This document shows positions 27,236-41,656 of a stretch of DNA of 64,000 nucleotides, piece after piece. A program made the translations under genes and the position numbers. The DNA is from Coriobacteriia bacterium. GTDB taxonomy: Bacteria; Actinomycetota; Coriobacteriia; Anaerosomatales; SLCP01. The DNA is taken from positions 836 through 64,835 of the forward strand of contig JACUUN010000003.1 of assembly GCA_014859265.1 (NCBI GenBank). Reading direction: 5' to 3'. Numbering within the stretch: the first letter of the stretch is position 1; each line of letters opens with the position of its first letter. The notes below the pieces were generated by a model. It had not been told where the DNA came from. It did not search any database and saw only the letters and a program-made list of their open reading frames with translations.

Positions 27236-27335
27236 GACGCCTCCCCCGCTCACTGGATGCGCTCGCCCGCCTGCCGGTACCTTCCCGTATGATAGTGGAA
27301 GGTACAGCGTAGGAACGCGAGAGGAGGTGCAGGAG

Positions 27336-27830
27336 ATGATTCCCGTCGGGATCGCCAGTCTGAGTGTGGATTCGGCCAGCAACCAGCCGGTCATCATCCT
27401 GCGCCCCATCGAGGAGGAGGGCACGGGCGGGCGGCTCGTCCCGATCTGGATCGGGCAGAACGAGGCGACCGCGATCCTGCTCGCGCTGCAGGACATCTCG
27501 CCGCCCCGTCCGATGACGCACGACCTGCTCAAAGACGCCATTGAGGCACTCGGCGCCGAGGTCGCACGAGTGGAGATCACGCGCATCGAGGGCGGCACCT
27601 TCTACGCGCTCATCGTGCTCTCGGGTCCCGGCGACATGAGTCTCGAGGTTGACGCCCGGCCGAGCGACTCCATCGCGCTGGCGGTGCGCACCGGCGCTCC
27701 GATCTTCATCTCCGAACAGGTCCTCGACGAGGCAGCAGTCGTGGAGGTCACCGAGGAGGATGAGGAGACGCAGGTCGAGCAGTTCCGGGAGTTCCTCGAA
27801 GGTGTGGATCCCGAGGACTTCCAGGGCTAG
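27336..27830 (+). CDS. bifunctional nuclease family protein (BFN/DUF151)
   Basis: MIPVGIASLSVDSASNQPVIILRP...IWIGQNEATAILLAL...RPMTHDLL...DARPSDSIALAVR is the DUF151 pattern. ATG after GAGGAGG. Confidence 0.85.
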   Translation: MIPVGIASLSVDSASNQPVIILRPIEEEGTGGRLVPIWIGQNEATAILLALQDISPPRPMTHDLLKDAIEALGAEVARVEITRIEGGTFYALIVLSGPGDMSLEVDARPSDSIALAVRTGAPIFISEQVLDEAAVVEVTEEDEETQVEQFREFLEGVDPEDFQG

Positions 27831-27881
27831 GCGGGCCGCACAGCGATCTCGCGCTACGGCCGTCGCGCACCCCGCGCCGCA

Positions 27882-29075
27882 CTACTCGTAGCGCAGCGCC
27901 TCGATCGGGTCGAGCCGTGAGGCCTTGTACGCCGGATACACGCCGAAGAAGATGCCCACACCGGCCGAGAACGTAAAGGCGAGCGCCACGGCCCACACTG
28001 TCACCTCGGTCGGTACCCACCGGGTGAGGACGGCCGCGCCAGCCGCCCCGAGGGCGATGCCCACCACCCCGCCTACGACCGAGAGCGTCACTGCCTCGAT
28101 CACGAACTGACTCATGATGTCGTAGGTGCGTGCGCCGACAGCTTTGCGTATGCCGATCTCCCGGGTGCGCTCGCTCACACTCACCAGCATGATATTCATG
28201 ATGCCGATGCCGCCCACCAGCAGAGAGATGCCGGCGATGCCGGCGAGCATGAACGTAAGCGTGCCGAGAATCTGCTGGAACAGCCCGAGCGTCTGTTCCT
28301 GGGTGAACACGGTGAACTCGTCGCCAAAGCGCGGAGTGAGCGCCTGCCGGATGCGGCGCTGGAGGCCCTCGACGTCGTCAGCCGTCGCCGCCTTGACCGC
28401 GATGAGCCCGACGTCCGTCGTGCCGAGGAGTCGCTGCGCCGTTGAGATCGGCATGTAGACCTGGTTGTCCTGGTCTCCGGTGAGCGAGCCACCCTGGGCC
28501 GCAACATATCCGATGACCGTGAAACGCTGCCCGTTCACGCTCATCGTCTCGCCTACCGGGTCCTGATTCGGGAAGAGGCGGTCGCGTACGGTGGCTCCGA
28601 GCACTATGACCCGGGCACTCGCCGAAACCTCGCTGCGGCGGTACCTCCGGCCACCGACATAGTCTCCGCCGAAGACCTCCCCGGCGTTCTCGTTGGCGGC
28701 CGCGACCGTCGTGCGCATCGTGCGGTTACCGACCCGCAGCGTGAGTGGTCCCTGAACCACCGGCACGACAACGTGCTCGGAACCCAGCCGGCGTTGGAGC
28801 AGGTCCGCGTCTTCGACGCTGAACTGCCTGACCGAGCGCCCTCCGGGCCCTCCCCCGCCGGGACCCTCCTCGAAGTTGCCTGCAAAGACGAAGATGAGGT
28901 TGGAGCCCAGACCCTCGATAGAACCGGTGATTTCGTCCTGGACACCCGTCCCGATGGCTACGAGCAGGATGACCGCAGCCACGCCGATGATGACGCCCAG
29001 CATGGTGAGCCCGCTACGCACCTTGTTGGCGCCCAATGCACGGAGCGCGATGCGGATGCTCTCGACGAAGTTCAC
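27882..29075 (-). CDS. ABC transporter permease, MacB/FtsX type
   Basis: N-terminal TM helix, MacB-like extracytoplasmic domain and a C-terminal FtsX four-helix region (REIGIRKAVGA). 4-nt overlap with the upstream ATPase gene. Confidence 0.88.
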   Translation of the reverse strand: MNFVESIRIALRALGANKVRSGLTMLGVIIGVAAVILLVAIGTGVQDEITGSIEGLGSNLIFVFAGNFEEGPGGGGPGGRSVRQFSVEDADLLQRRLGSEHVVVPVVQGPLTLRVGNRTMRTTVAAANENAGEVFGGDYVGGRRYRRSEVSASARVIVLGATVRDRLFPNQDPVGETMSVNGQRFTVIGYVAAQGGSLTGDQDNQVYMPISTAQRLLGTTDVGLIAVKAATADDVEGLQRRIRQALTPRFGDEFTVFTQEQTLGLFQQILGTLTFMLAGIAGISLLVGGIGIMNIMLVSVSERTREIGIRKAVGARTYDIMSQFVIEAVTLSVVGGVVGIALGAAGAAVLTRWVPTEVTVWAVALAFTFSAGVGIFFGVYPAYKASRLDPIEALRYE

Positions 29076-29872
29076 GCCCGTCCGCCCCCGGTTTCCTCGG
29101 CCACGGCGTCGCGTTGATCGGCCGCCGAGATGCGCTCGGTCACCCGCTCGTCGCCTACGACCAGCCCATCGCGGATGCGCACGATGCGCTCGGCGTGCCG
29201 GGCCACAGAGTCATCGTGTGTCACCAGCACCACGGTGATGCCGTGGATGTTGAGCTCTTGCAGGATCGCCATGACCTCGTGACCGGAGATGGAGTCAAGG
29301 TTGCCGGTGGGCTCGTCCGCAAGCACGATCGAGGGCTCTGTCACAAGAGCGCGCGCGATCGCCACGCGCTGCTGCTCCCCCCCGGAGAGCTGGTTGGGTA
29401 AGTGACCAAGCCGGTCTCCGAGTCCGACGCGTTCGAGCGCTTCGCGCGCGCGGCGCGCCCGCTCGGAACCAGAGACCCCCGCATAGACGAGCGGGAGCTC
29501 AACGTTCGCAAGCGCGGACGTACGTGCGAGCAGGTTAAACGACTGGAAGACGAACCCGATGCGATGATTGCGCACCGCTGCGAGCTCGTTTGGCGACATG
29601 CGTGAGACCTCTTCGCCCTCGACGATGACGCTCCCCTCGGTGGGACGATCGAGCAGCCCGATGATGTGCATAAGCGTGGACTTGCCCGAGCCGCTCGGCC
29701 CCATGAGCGAGAGCATTCGGCCGTCACAGATTGACAGGTCGACACCGCGCAGCGCGTGCACGTCAACCTCGCCGAGGTGGTAACACTTGGTGACCCCGCG
29801 CGCCTCGAGGATCACACGAGCGTCGTCGCGCCTGCCGGACACACCTTCGCCCATCTCGGGCATGTCGCCCAT
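29072..29872 (-). CDS. ABC transporter ATP-binding protein (MacB/LolD-like)
   Basis: Walker [10 protein letters not shown], signature [15 protein letters not shown], Walker [13 protein letters not shown]. Confidence 0.92.
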   Translation of the reverse strand: MGDMPEMGEGVSGRRDDARVILEARGVTKCYHLGEVDVHALRGVDLSICDGRMLSLMGPSGSGKSTLMHIIGLLDRPTEGSVIVEGEEVSRMSPNELAAVRNHRIGFVFQSFNLLARTSALANVELPLVYAGVSGSERARRAREALERVGLGDRLGHLPNQLSGGEQQRVAIARALVTEPSIVLADEPTGNLDSISGHEVMAILQELNIHGITVVLVTHDDSVARHAERIVRIRDGLVVGDERVTERISAADQRDAVAEETGGGRA

Positions 29873-29874
29873 GA

Positions 29875-31353
29875 CTATCGCACGCGGACGGTCATGCCGT
29901 CCTCGAACTCGGTCGCACTCGACAGGGCGACCTCGTCCCCTTCGGAGACTCCCGAGAGTATCTCGACGGCCGTCTCGGTGAGCGTTCCGACCTCCACGCG
30001 CGTGCGCACGAGGCGATTGTCCTCCACCACGTAGACGAAGATCTCCCCCGCCTCGTCGAAGAGCGCCTCGATCGGCACGGTGGTCACACCCTCGACGCGG
30101 CTGACCTCGATCGTCACGTCGCCCTTCATACCGAGGAGCACGTTGGCATCGCGGCCGGACAGACCCAGGTAGACCGGGAACACGGTCCCACCGGTCGGCG
30201 TAAGCGTGGCGGCGGGTCTGATCTCGGAGACGGTCGTCTCGAAGGAGCGGCCGGCGAACGCGTCGAGCCGCACGGTCGCGTGCATGCCTTCCTCGACAAG
30301 GTCGACATCCACCTCGTCGACCTCGGCAGTGAAGCGGACCGCGTCGAGCTGCACGATCGTGAAGGGCGCGGCCTGCGGGGCTACCCCGACATCGATTGCG
30401 GCCTTGGGCGCAGTCCCGTCTGAGGACGGTGTACTGAGCGCGTTGAAGAGCACCACCCCGTCGATCGGCGCCACGAGCTCGGCGTTGGCGACATTGTCAT
30501 TTGCCAACGCGAGCGCCTCACGCGCCTGTTCAACAGCGGCGCGTGCCGCACGCCGCTGGGGCGAGAGGTCGAGGTTCTCCAGCTTGTCCTGCTGGGCTTT
30601 CGCACCGAGGTAGGCGGCGTGGGCCTGGTCGACGCTGGCGTTGGCAGCCGACTGCTGGCTCGACAGGTCGAGCGAGCGGAGCTGGCGCTCAGTAGCCTGA
30701 GCGCCGAGGTAGGCGGCGTTCGCCTGCTCGCGAGCGAGCTCGGCAGCATTGAGGTTCACCAGATTCTCGGGCGTAGGCATCGTCTCATAGAGAGCCTTGA
30801 GCGAATCATACGCGGCGCTCGCCTGGTCGTATGCGGTCTCGGCAGCCCGTGTCGCCGCCGCCGCGGCATCGATATCGGCCTGCGAGGGCGCCTGATTCGC
30901 GACGGCGCTCGCTGCGGCCTGCGCCGAACGGTACGCCGCCCATGCGGCATCAGTTGCGGCCCGGGCCGCTGCGACTTCGGCGCTCGTCGGCGCCTGGTCG
31001 TCAACGGAGGCGAGGCCCGACTCGGCCTGCGCGAGGCTCGCTTCGGCCTGGGCCACTGCAATCTCGAGTGGCCCGGTGTCCATCACCGCGAGGACCGTGC
31101 CGCGGGTCACGCGCTGTCCGTCGGTCACGCGCACCTCAGCCAGCACGCCGGCTGTCGGGGGAAAGACGTCGGCACGCACGCTCGACTCGATCCGGCCGGA
31201 CGCGGTCACGGTAACCGCGAGGTCGCGGACCTCCACGGATACCGTGTCGACCTCGGCTGCCGGTCGGGTCGCTCCGAAGGCGACCACCGTGGCGATGATT
31301 CCAATCACCGTCAGCACAGCAACGGCCGCTATCACTTTGCCTCTCGACGACAC
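29875..31353 (-). CDS. efflux transporter periplasmic adaptor (HlyD/MacA family) with a long Ala-rich coiled coil
   Basis: N-terminal anchor, barrel-sandwich lipoyl-like motifs (VRVTDGQRVTRGTVLAVMD; ELVAPIDGVV) and a long alanine-rich hairpin. It is upstream of and adjacent to the MacB-like genes. Confidence 0.85.
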   Translation of the reverse strand: MSSRGKVIAAVAVLTVIGIIATVVAFGATRPAAEVDTVSVEVRDLAVTVTASGRIESSVRADVFPPTAGVLAEVRVTDGQRVTRGTVLAVMDTGPLEIAVAQAEASLAQAESGLASVDDQAPTSAEVAAARAATDAAWAAYRSAQAAASAVANQAPSQADIDAAAAATRAAETAYDQASAAYDSLKALYETMPTPENLVNLNAAELAREQANAAYLGAQATERQLRSLDLSSQQSAANASVDQAHAAYLGAKAQQDKLENLDLSPQRRAARAAVEQAREALALANDNVANAELVAPIDGVVLFNALSTPSSDGTAPKAAIDVGVAPQAAPFTIVQLDAVRFTAEVDEVDVDLVEEGMHATVRLDAFAGRSFETTVSEIRPAATLTPTGGTVFPVYLGLSGRDANVLLGMKGDVTIEVSRVEGVTTVPIEALFDEAGEIFVYVVEDNRLVRTRVEVGTLTETAVEILSGVSEGDEVALSSATEFEDGMTVRVR

Positions 31354-31389
31354 GGGCTCCTCCTCGGGCTCGATTGCGTACCCACTGCC

Positions 31390-32130
31390 TTACATTGTTT
31401 CCAGTCTGCGCGCGTGGCGACGGCCGCCCGCGCCTTCGGTTTCCGTACGGTTCGCGCGAAACTCCTCGCCCGACCCGTCAAGCAGACGGGGCAACTCCCC
31501 GATGGCCCGGAGCGCGAACTCGGGTCCCGGCTCGAGCACCGCCTCGGCGTCGAATGCGCCCCAGAGTGCCGCCACGGATACCGATCCCGCCGCAATGGCC
31601 GCCGACATGTCGTGCGGACTGTCGCCTAGGTAGAGGCACTCTTCAGCCGGCACTCCGATGAGCTCGGCAGCGCGCAGCAGCGGATGCGGCTCGGGCTTGA
31701 AGATCTCCACGTCGTCCGAGGTCACCACCACCTCGAAGAAGCGGCCGAGCCCAAACGCGTCCAGGCCGCGCCTTGTCATTGGCGTGCCCTTCGAGGTCAC
31801 AACCCCCATCGGGAAACCGTGCCCGGCCAGTTCTTCGAGCGTTTCGCGCGTGCCGGGATACTCGGCCACCATATCGTCGTGGATCCTCGAGTTGTGCTCG
31901 CGGTAGACCCGAAGCAGCTCATCGGCGTGCTCGGGCGCGAACTCGCGCATCTGAACGGCGAGTGGCACCCCGACGTTGCGCATGAGCACCTCGTCGGGCA
32001 GCGGGCTGCCGAGCACCTCGTTCGTCGCGTGGCGAAACGAGCTCAAGATGAGCGCGACCGTGTCTATCAGCGTACCGTCGAGGTCGAACAGGAGGGCGCG
32101 GACCCGCCCTCTGAGGCCTGTGGGGGCCAT
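31390..32130 (-). CDS. HAD family hydrolase (phosphoglycolate phosphatase-like)
   Basis: Motif I LLFDLDGTLIDT, motif II VVTSK, motif III/IV K...YLGDSPHDMSAA. ATG at 32130 lies just after the gyrA stop. Confidence 0.85.
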   Translation of the reverse strand: MAPTGLRGRVRALLFDLDGTLIDTVALILSSFRHATNEVLGSPLPDEVLMRNVGVPLAVQMREFAPEHADELLRVYREHNSRIHDDMVAEYPGTRETLEELAGHGFPMGVVTSKGTPMTRRGLDAFGLGRFFEVVVTSDDVEIFKPEPHPLLRAAELIGVPAEECLYLGDSPHDMSAAIAAGSVSVAALWGAFDAEAVLEPGPEFALRAIGELPRLLDGSGEEFRANRTETEGAGGRRHARRLETM

Positions 32131-32141
32131 CTCACCCGATC

Positions 32142-34733
<2,592 letters not shown>

Positions 34734-35198
34734 TTAGAGCACTCCTCGCTGTTTGAGACTACGCGCGCCCATCCACGCGGCCAGCCCTACGAACAAGCCG
34801 CCCATTACGCTCATGATCGTCGCACCCATGATCCCGGCGGGTCCGCTCCCCGCACTGCGTGCAAGCGCCACCATCCCCCAGATCACGAGCATGAGTCCGA
34901 TCGTTCCCACGAACGCGGCGGCGACCAGCCCGAACCTCCACGCACCCTCCACCACCGCTGGCTCCTCGGCCTTGAGCGCAAGAAGCATCGCGTCGACACC
35001 CGGTGCCTCCGTCTGTGGTACGGCGAGCTCCGGTACCGGGACCTCTGCCTCGGCGCCCAGCGGTCGAGCGAATGGTGACTCTGGCGCGGCACGCGGCGTC
35101 GCGGGCGCGTGCTCCTGCTCGAACCGCTCGAATTGCTCCCGCTCCCACGGCGGGGGCTCGAACCGCCTCGGTTCCCGCCTCTGTGGCCCGTACACCAT
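34734..35198 (-). CDS. hypothetical membrane protein inserted between gyrB and gyrA
   Basis: 154 aa, Pro/Glu-rich N-terminal half, two C-terminal TM helices. Its stop abuts the gyrA GTG. No recognisable family. Confidence 0.5.
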   Translation of the reverse strand: MVYGPQRREPRRFEPPPWEREQFERFEQEHAPATPRAAPESPFARPLGAEAEVPVPELAVPQTEAPGVDAMLLALKAEEPAVVEGAWRFGLVAAAFVGTIGLMLVIWGMVALARSAGSGPAGIMGATIMSVMGGLFVGLAAWMGARSLKQRGVL

Positions 35199-35219
35199 GC
35201 TCCACCCGTCCGCCCGGCA

Positions 35220-37193
<1,974 letters not shown>

Positions 37194-37217
37194 CTACCCC
37201 TGATTTTAACACAATGG

Positions 37218-37790
37218 CTAGGGTAACAGCGGTTTCTTCGGCCCCGCCGAGTCCCCAGGCGGCCCCTGGGATGCGCCGCGTTTCTCTCGGCCTTTTTTCA
37301 ACTCCCGGTCACGTATCCGGGCACGTATCGCCGCCTCGCGGAGGCTCTCGTTCTCGATGCCCGCGGCGGCCTCCTCGATCTCCCTTCGCTCCTCGACGGT
37401 CACCGATACCGGTTCGACGCGCTCGCCTCCGTACCGCCGCCCCGCCTCTCGCTCGGAGGTCTCCTGGTCGCGCTTCTCGGCGACCACCCTTGAGACAGTG
37501 AAGCGGATGTGCCTTACCGCGTTCTCACCGAGAGCTTCATTCACTCGCTTCCGCAGGTCGTCCGCCATCAGGGTCAGCTGGGTGGCCCATGCATGCGAGT
37601 CCACGTGCACGTTGAGCTCACCGGCCCGCACCCCCATGCCGACTGTGTGACGAGCGATGTCGGGCCCTACCACCTCCGCCCAGACCTCGGTGGCCCTGGC
37701 TTTCAGCAGGCCGCCAGCGCGATCCGATGACCGGATCAGCGATCGCATGGCCTCACCAACGCGCACCATCCTGCCCCTGCGTTCACCCAT
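37218..37790 (-). CDS. DUF721 domain protein (DciA-family position and fold)
   Basis: The core WAEVVGPDIARHTVGMGVRAGELNVHVDSHAWATQL matches DUF721. It sits between recF and gyrB, as does mycobacterial Rv0004 (DciA). Confidence 0.8.
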   Translation of the reverse strand: MGERRGRMVRVGEAMRSLIRSSDRAGGLLKARATEVWAEVVGPDIARHTVGMGVRAGELNVHVDSHAWATQLTLMADDLRKRVNEALGENAVRHIRFTVSRVVAEKRDQETSEREAGRRYGGERVEPVSVTVEERREIEEAAAGIENESLREAAIRARIRDRELKKGREKRGASQGPPGDSAGPKKPLLP

Positions 37791-38901
37791 CGCCGACCTC
37801 CACCACGGAGGCCGTGGCTAACATTTCCTCCGAGAAGTAGTTCAAGTTCGTGGCCGTCAGGATGGACTGTGGCCCTTCGAGAATATAGGCGGAGAGCTCC
37901 GCCCGGCGGACCGAGTCCAGTTCGGACATGACGTCGTCGAGCAAGAGAAGCGGCCGAACGCCGGCGACCTCGTGGACCACTGCGACCTCGGCCATCTTCC
38001 ACGCGAGCGCGACGGTGCGGTGCTGGCCCTGGGAGGCGTACGCGCGTGCCGGGTGACCATCGATTGAGATGGCCACGTCGTCCCGGTGAGGACCGGCAAG
38101 CGTGCTCCCCCGCTCTCTCTCCTTCGTGCGGCCCTCGTGGAGAGCCGCCGCGATCGCGCCCATGATCTCGTCCTTCTCCCTGCGTGCTATCTCGTCGATG
38201 TCGAACGGGTGCCCAGACTCCCAGGATGCGCGATATGCCAGCCCGAGCTGCTCGCCGCCGCTCACCCTCTCATGGGCCATCACGGCGGGCTTCTTCATCC
38301 GGGATAGCAGCCGCGTGCGGTGCATGGTGAGAGAGGCTCCGGCCCCGGCTACCATCTCGTCCCACGGCTCGAGGTCGCTGTCGGCAGCTCCCTGCCGCAG
38401 GAGCGCGTTTCGCTGCTTCACCAACCTGGCGTACTCAACCCTGAGCGCCGAGTAGGCCGGCGAAAGCCGGTCGCCGAGGGCGTCCAGGGGAACCCTTCTC
38501 GTCTCGGACGGGCCCTTCGACATGGACAGGTCCTCGGGCACGAAGGAGACGAGAGGGACACGACCAACGACTTCGGACATCTTTCTCCGCCTGCGCCCGT
38601 TCACGGAAAACTCGCGGTTGCCCGCGCGCTCTATGCGAACCGAGACGTCCACTGGCGCCCCGTCCCGGATCGCGTGCATGGACGCCCTCGCTTCGTCCCA
38701 ACCCCTCTCGACCAGGTCCTCCCAGGCGAAAGAGCGAAACGATGTTCCTGTCGCCATGACCATGACGGCTTCAAGGATGTTCGTCTTCCCTGCAGCGTTC
38801 TGCCCGACGAGGACCGTCAGTCGCGGGTCGAGTCCGGAGGACCACTCCTCGTGGTTCCGAAACCGAGTCAGAGATACCGATGAGACCCGGAGGTCTGCCA
38901 A
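37783..38901 (-). CDS. recF: DNA replication/repair protein RecF
   Basis: LTRFRNHEE..., Walker A GQNAAGKTNILEA, signature-like region, LLLDDVMSELD. TTG start 7 nt after the dnaN stop. Confidence 0.95.
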   Translation of the reverse strand: MADLRVSSVSLTRFRNHEEWSSGLDPRLTVLVGQNAAGKTNILEAVMVMATGTSFRSFAWEDLVERGWDEARASMHAIRDGAPVDVSVRIERAGNREFSVNGRRRRKMSEVVGRVPLVSFVPEDLSMSKGPSETRRVPLDALGDRLSPAYSALRVEYARLVKQRNALLRQGAADSDLEPWDEMVAGAGASLTMHRTRLLSRMKKPAVMAHERVSGGEQLGLAYRASWESGHPFDIDEIARREKDEIMGAIAAALHEGRTKERERGSTLAGPHRDDVAISIDGHPARAYASQGQHRTVALAWKMAEVAVVHEVAGVRPLLLLDDVMSELDSVRRAELSAYILEGPQSILTATNLNYFSEEMLATASVVEVGDG

Positions 38902-38908
38902 TGTCGCC

Positions 38909-40015
38909 CTATCCGAGCCGCACAGGCATTAGCAGGTAGAGGAATCCCTCATCCCCGGAGCTGGTGATGACCCCGGGCTTAAGCGGACTTACTATGCTGA
39001 TTCGTACCGAATCGCCCTCCGCCGCGAGCAAGCCGTCGAGCAGGAACGCGTGGTTGAACGCAATCTCCACGTCCGGCCCCTCGACCTTAGCCATCAAGTC
39101 TTCGGAGGCATCTCCGACGTCTTGGGTCGTGGCCGAGAGGCTGAGGGTTTGGTCCTCGGTGTTGACGGTAAGGCGCAGCGGAGTGTTGTGTTGAGCGAGG
39201 AGAGAGACCCTCTTGACCGCTGCAAGGGCATCTTCCCTCGGTACGTCCACGGTTGTCTCGGTCTCCTTCGGAATGAGTTGCCGGTAGTTCGGAAACGTGC
39301 CCTCTATCCTCCGGGCTACGAACTCCGTGGTCCCGAACGTAAAGACTGCTTGATTCTCGTTGACCCCTAATGTGATCTCTTCAGATTCCGGAGCGAGACG
39401 GGCCACCTCCTCCATCACTTTTCCGGGGACTATGGCCTGTATATCCTCGAGCGATCCTTCCTCGATTATCGATTCCTTTACCGCTAGACGATACGAATCC
39501 GTTGACACCATTCTGACGGTCTGCCCTTCTACGGACAGAAGGACCCCTGTGAGAACAGGTCTTGTCTCGTCCCTGCTCACCGCTTTAGAGACATGCCGGA
39601 TGATCTCGGTGATTCTTGAAGCCGGCAGAGATATAGATTTCTCGGGCTCCACTCTTGGGAACTTCGGGAAGTCATCTGCCGGAAGCGTTCTTACGGCAAA
39701 GGAAGACTGCAAGCAAGACACCGAGAGGCTTTCCCCTTCCAGCGACAAAGTCACGGCCGCCTCGGGAAGAGAGCGGACGATCTCGGTGAAGAGTTTGCCG
39801 GGTACAACGATCGTTCCCTTTCTTTCCACTGAAACGAGAGGAAGGCTCCTGCGAACCGACACCTCAAGGTCGGTTGATTGAAGCGTCACCGCCCCTTCTT
39901 GGGAAGCCGACACCAGGATTCCAGAGAGAATCGGGAGGGTTGAGCGAGACGAAAGTCCTCTACTTACTGCCATGAGGGCTTCGACGAGTTCTCCTCTGGC
40001 GACTGTCAGCTTCAT
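38909..40015 (-). CDS. dnaN: DNA polymerase III beta sliding clamp
   Basis: 368 aa, MKLTVARGELVEAL..., three-domain clamp pattern, C-terminal LLMPVRL. Confidence 0.95.
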   Translation of the reverse strand: MKLTVARGELVEALMAVSRGLSSRSTLPILSGILVSASQEGAVTLQSTDLEVSVRRSLPLVSVERKGTIVVPGKLFTEIVRSLPEAAVTLSLEGESLSVSCLQSSFAVRTLPADDFPKFPRVEPEKSISLPASRITEIIRHVSKAVSRDETRPVLTGVLLSVEGQTVRMVSTDSYRLAVKESIIEEGSLEDIQAIVPGKVMEEVARLAPESEEITLGVNENQAVFTFGTTEFVARRIEGTFPNYRQLIPKETETTVDVPREDALAAVKRVSLLAQHNTPLRLTVNTEDQTLSLSATTQDVGDASEDLMAKVEGPDVEIAFNHAFLLDGLLAAEGDSVRISIVSPLKPGVITSSGDEGFLYLLMPVRLG

Positions 40016-40253
40016 CTCTTCTGTTCCTTTCTATATATCTTCAGTCAATAACAGTAGTAATAAGGGTTGTGGGACGTGTGGATAGACCCGATTGCTCCTT
40101 GTTATGTCCGGTGTGTCCACTGTAGAGAACATGTGCGCGAAGTGTTACTCCCTATCCACATATTCCTCAGACTTACTTGCGGGTCCACAGATGGGGGAAA
40201 CGTTCCCCAGGCGCTCCACCGTTCTTCCACAAGGGTATCCACAGGGAGAACCA
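40016..40253. other. oriC segment in the dnaA-dnaN spacer (DnaA boxes plus an AT-rich stretch)
   Basis: DnaA-box-like 9-mers: TGTGGATAG (40076-40084), CTATCCACA (40152-40160), GTATCCACA (40235-40243). There is also an AT-rich tract, ctatatatcttcagtcaataacagtagtaataa, near 40031-40063. Confidence 0.7.
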
Positions 40254-41639
40254 TCAGCTCTTCTGCCGTATCTGATTAGTGAGTGCCTGGATCTGGTTGT
40301 AGACCTCACGATCGGCATTCATCATCTTTTCGATCTTCGCCTTCGCATGCATGACCGTTGTGTGGTCACGGCCCCCGAATTCGGTTCCGATGGCCGGTAA
40401 GGAGAGCTCTGTCAGTTCTCGAGTAAGATACATAGCGATTTGGCGCGGATACACTATTGACTGCGAGCGCTTCCCTCCGATGAGCTCCGAATGAGAAAGT
40501 GAGTAGTACTTACATACCTCTCGTTGAATAGTGGAGAGAGTAATCGGGCGCTTCGTTCTCTCAGGGAAGATATCTTTTAGGACGTTGCGCGCAAGTTCTA
40601 TGTCGACCGGGTGGCGCGTGAGAGAGCTAAAAGCCATCACGCGAATAAGGGCCCCCTCAAGTTCCCGAATGTTCGAAGATACTCTGTCGGCCACGAATGA
40701 CAGAACGTCATCCGGGACAGCGAGATTCTGCACCTCGATGTTTCTCCTGAGGATGGCGATGCGCGTCTCGAGGTCAGGAGGCTGGATGTCGGTGATGAGA
40801 CCCATCTCGAAACGGCTGCGCAACCGCTCCTCGAGTTTCTCTATGTCCTTAGGCGGGCGGTCCGAGGACAGGACTACCTGCTTCCCGGCCTGCTGAAGAG
40901 TGTTAAAAGTGTGGAAGAACTCCTCCTGCGTACCCTCCTTGCCCTTCAAGAACTGGATGTCGTCGACCAGGAGGACATCGTTCGTCCGGTATTGACGCCG
41001 GAATCCATCGATACGCTTCTTGTCGCGATCGCCAATCGAGTTGATGAAGTCGTTTGTGAACTGCTCGGTCGAAACGTACTTCACCTTCAGGTGGGAGAAG
41101 CTCATCTGCACATACTGACCGATTGCTTGCAGCAGGTGTGTCTTGCCGAGACCGACGCCGCCGTAGATGAAAAGGGGATTGTATGCCCTGCCTGGAGCTT
41201 CGGCGACGGCAAGCGCGGCTGCGTGCGCGAACTGGTTGGACGCGCCAATCACGTACGAGTCGAAGGTGTACTTGGGGTTGAATTCGCCGTTAGCAGGCCT
41301 GGGAGGCGCATGTGTCTCGATATCCGGGACGGGGGTTACGTCCGAATCCACAGCAGCATCAGCTTCGACCGCGGACACCTTTGGCTCAGGCGGAACCGTG
41401 AATTCCACCGAGAGCTTCCGGCCAAGGACCTGGAGGAGGGCGGATTTCAGCAGTCCGGAGTAGCGGGACTCGAGCCACTCGCGTGCGAACTCGTTCTGTA
41501 CCGCCACCACGAGATAGTCGTCCACAATCTCAACCGGAGAGGTGTGTTCGAACCACGTCTTGAACGTCGGAGTGTTCAGCTCCGACCGGATGACATCGAG
41601 CACGTCGGACCAGATCTGTTCCACGTCGTACGTTTGCAT
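40254..41639 (-). CDS. dnaA: chromosomal replication initiator protein DnaA
   Basis: AAA+ Walker [12 protein letters not shown], sensor motifs, C-terminal DNA-binding signature (YPRQIAMYL...[11 protein letters not shown]). ATG at 41639 is preceded by GAGGGGGAG. The track start at 41684 would overlap the upstream gene. Confidence 0.95.
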   Translation of the reverse strand: MQTYDVEQIWSDVLDVIRSELNTPTFKTWFEHTSPVEIVDDYLVVAVQNEFAREWLESRYSGLLKSALLQVLGRKLSVEFTVPPEPKVSAVEADAAVDSDVTPVPDIETHAPPRPANGEFNPKYTFDSYVIGASNQFAHAAALAVAEAPGRAYNPLFIYGGVGLGKTHLLQAIGQYVQMSFSHLKVKYVSTEQFTNDFINSIGDRDKKRIDGFRRQYRTNDVLLVDDIQFLKGKEGTQEEFFHTFNTLQQAGKQVVLSSDRPPKDIEKLEERLRSRFEMGLITDIQPPDLETRIAILRRNIEVQNLAVPDDVLSFVADRVSSNIRELEGALIRVMAFSSLTRHPVDIELARNVLKDIFPERTKRPITLSTIQREVCKYYSLSHSELIGGKRSQSIVYPRQIAMYLTRELTELSLPAIGTEFGGRDHTTVMHAKAKIEKMMNADREVYNQIQALTNQIRQKS

Positions 41640-41656
41640 CGCTCCCCCTCGGGACA

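Noticed and set aside
26916-27598. Long overlapping track ORFs 26916..27830 (+) and 26840..27598 (-) spanning the divergent yjbQ / BFN promoter region.
   Set aside because: Only the distal parts match known families. Internal ATGs with strong SD sequences (27235 minus, 27336 plus) give products of normal length. The overlapping N-terminal extensions are low complexity.
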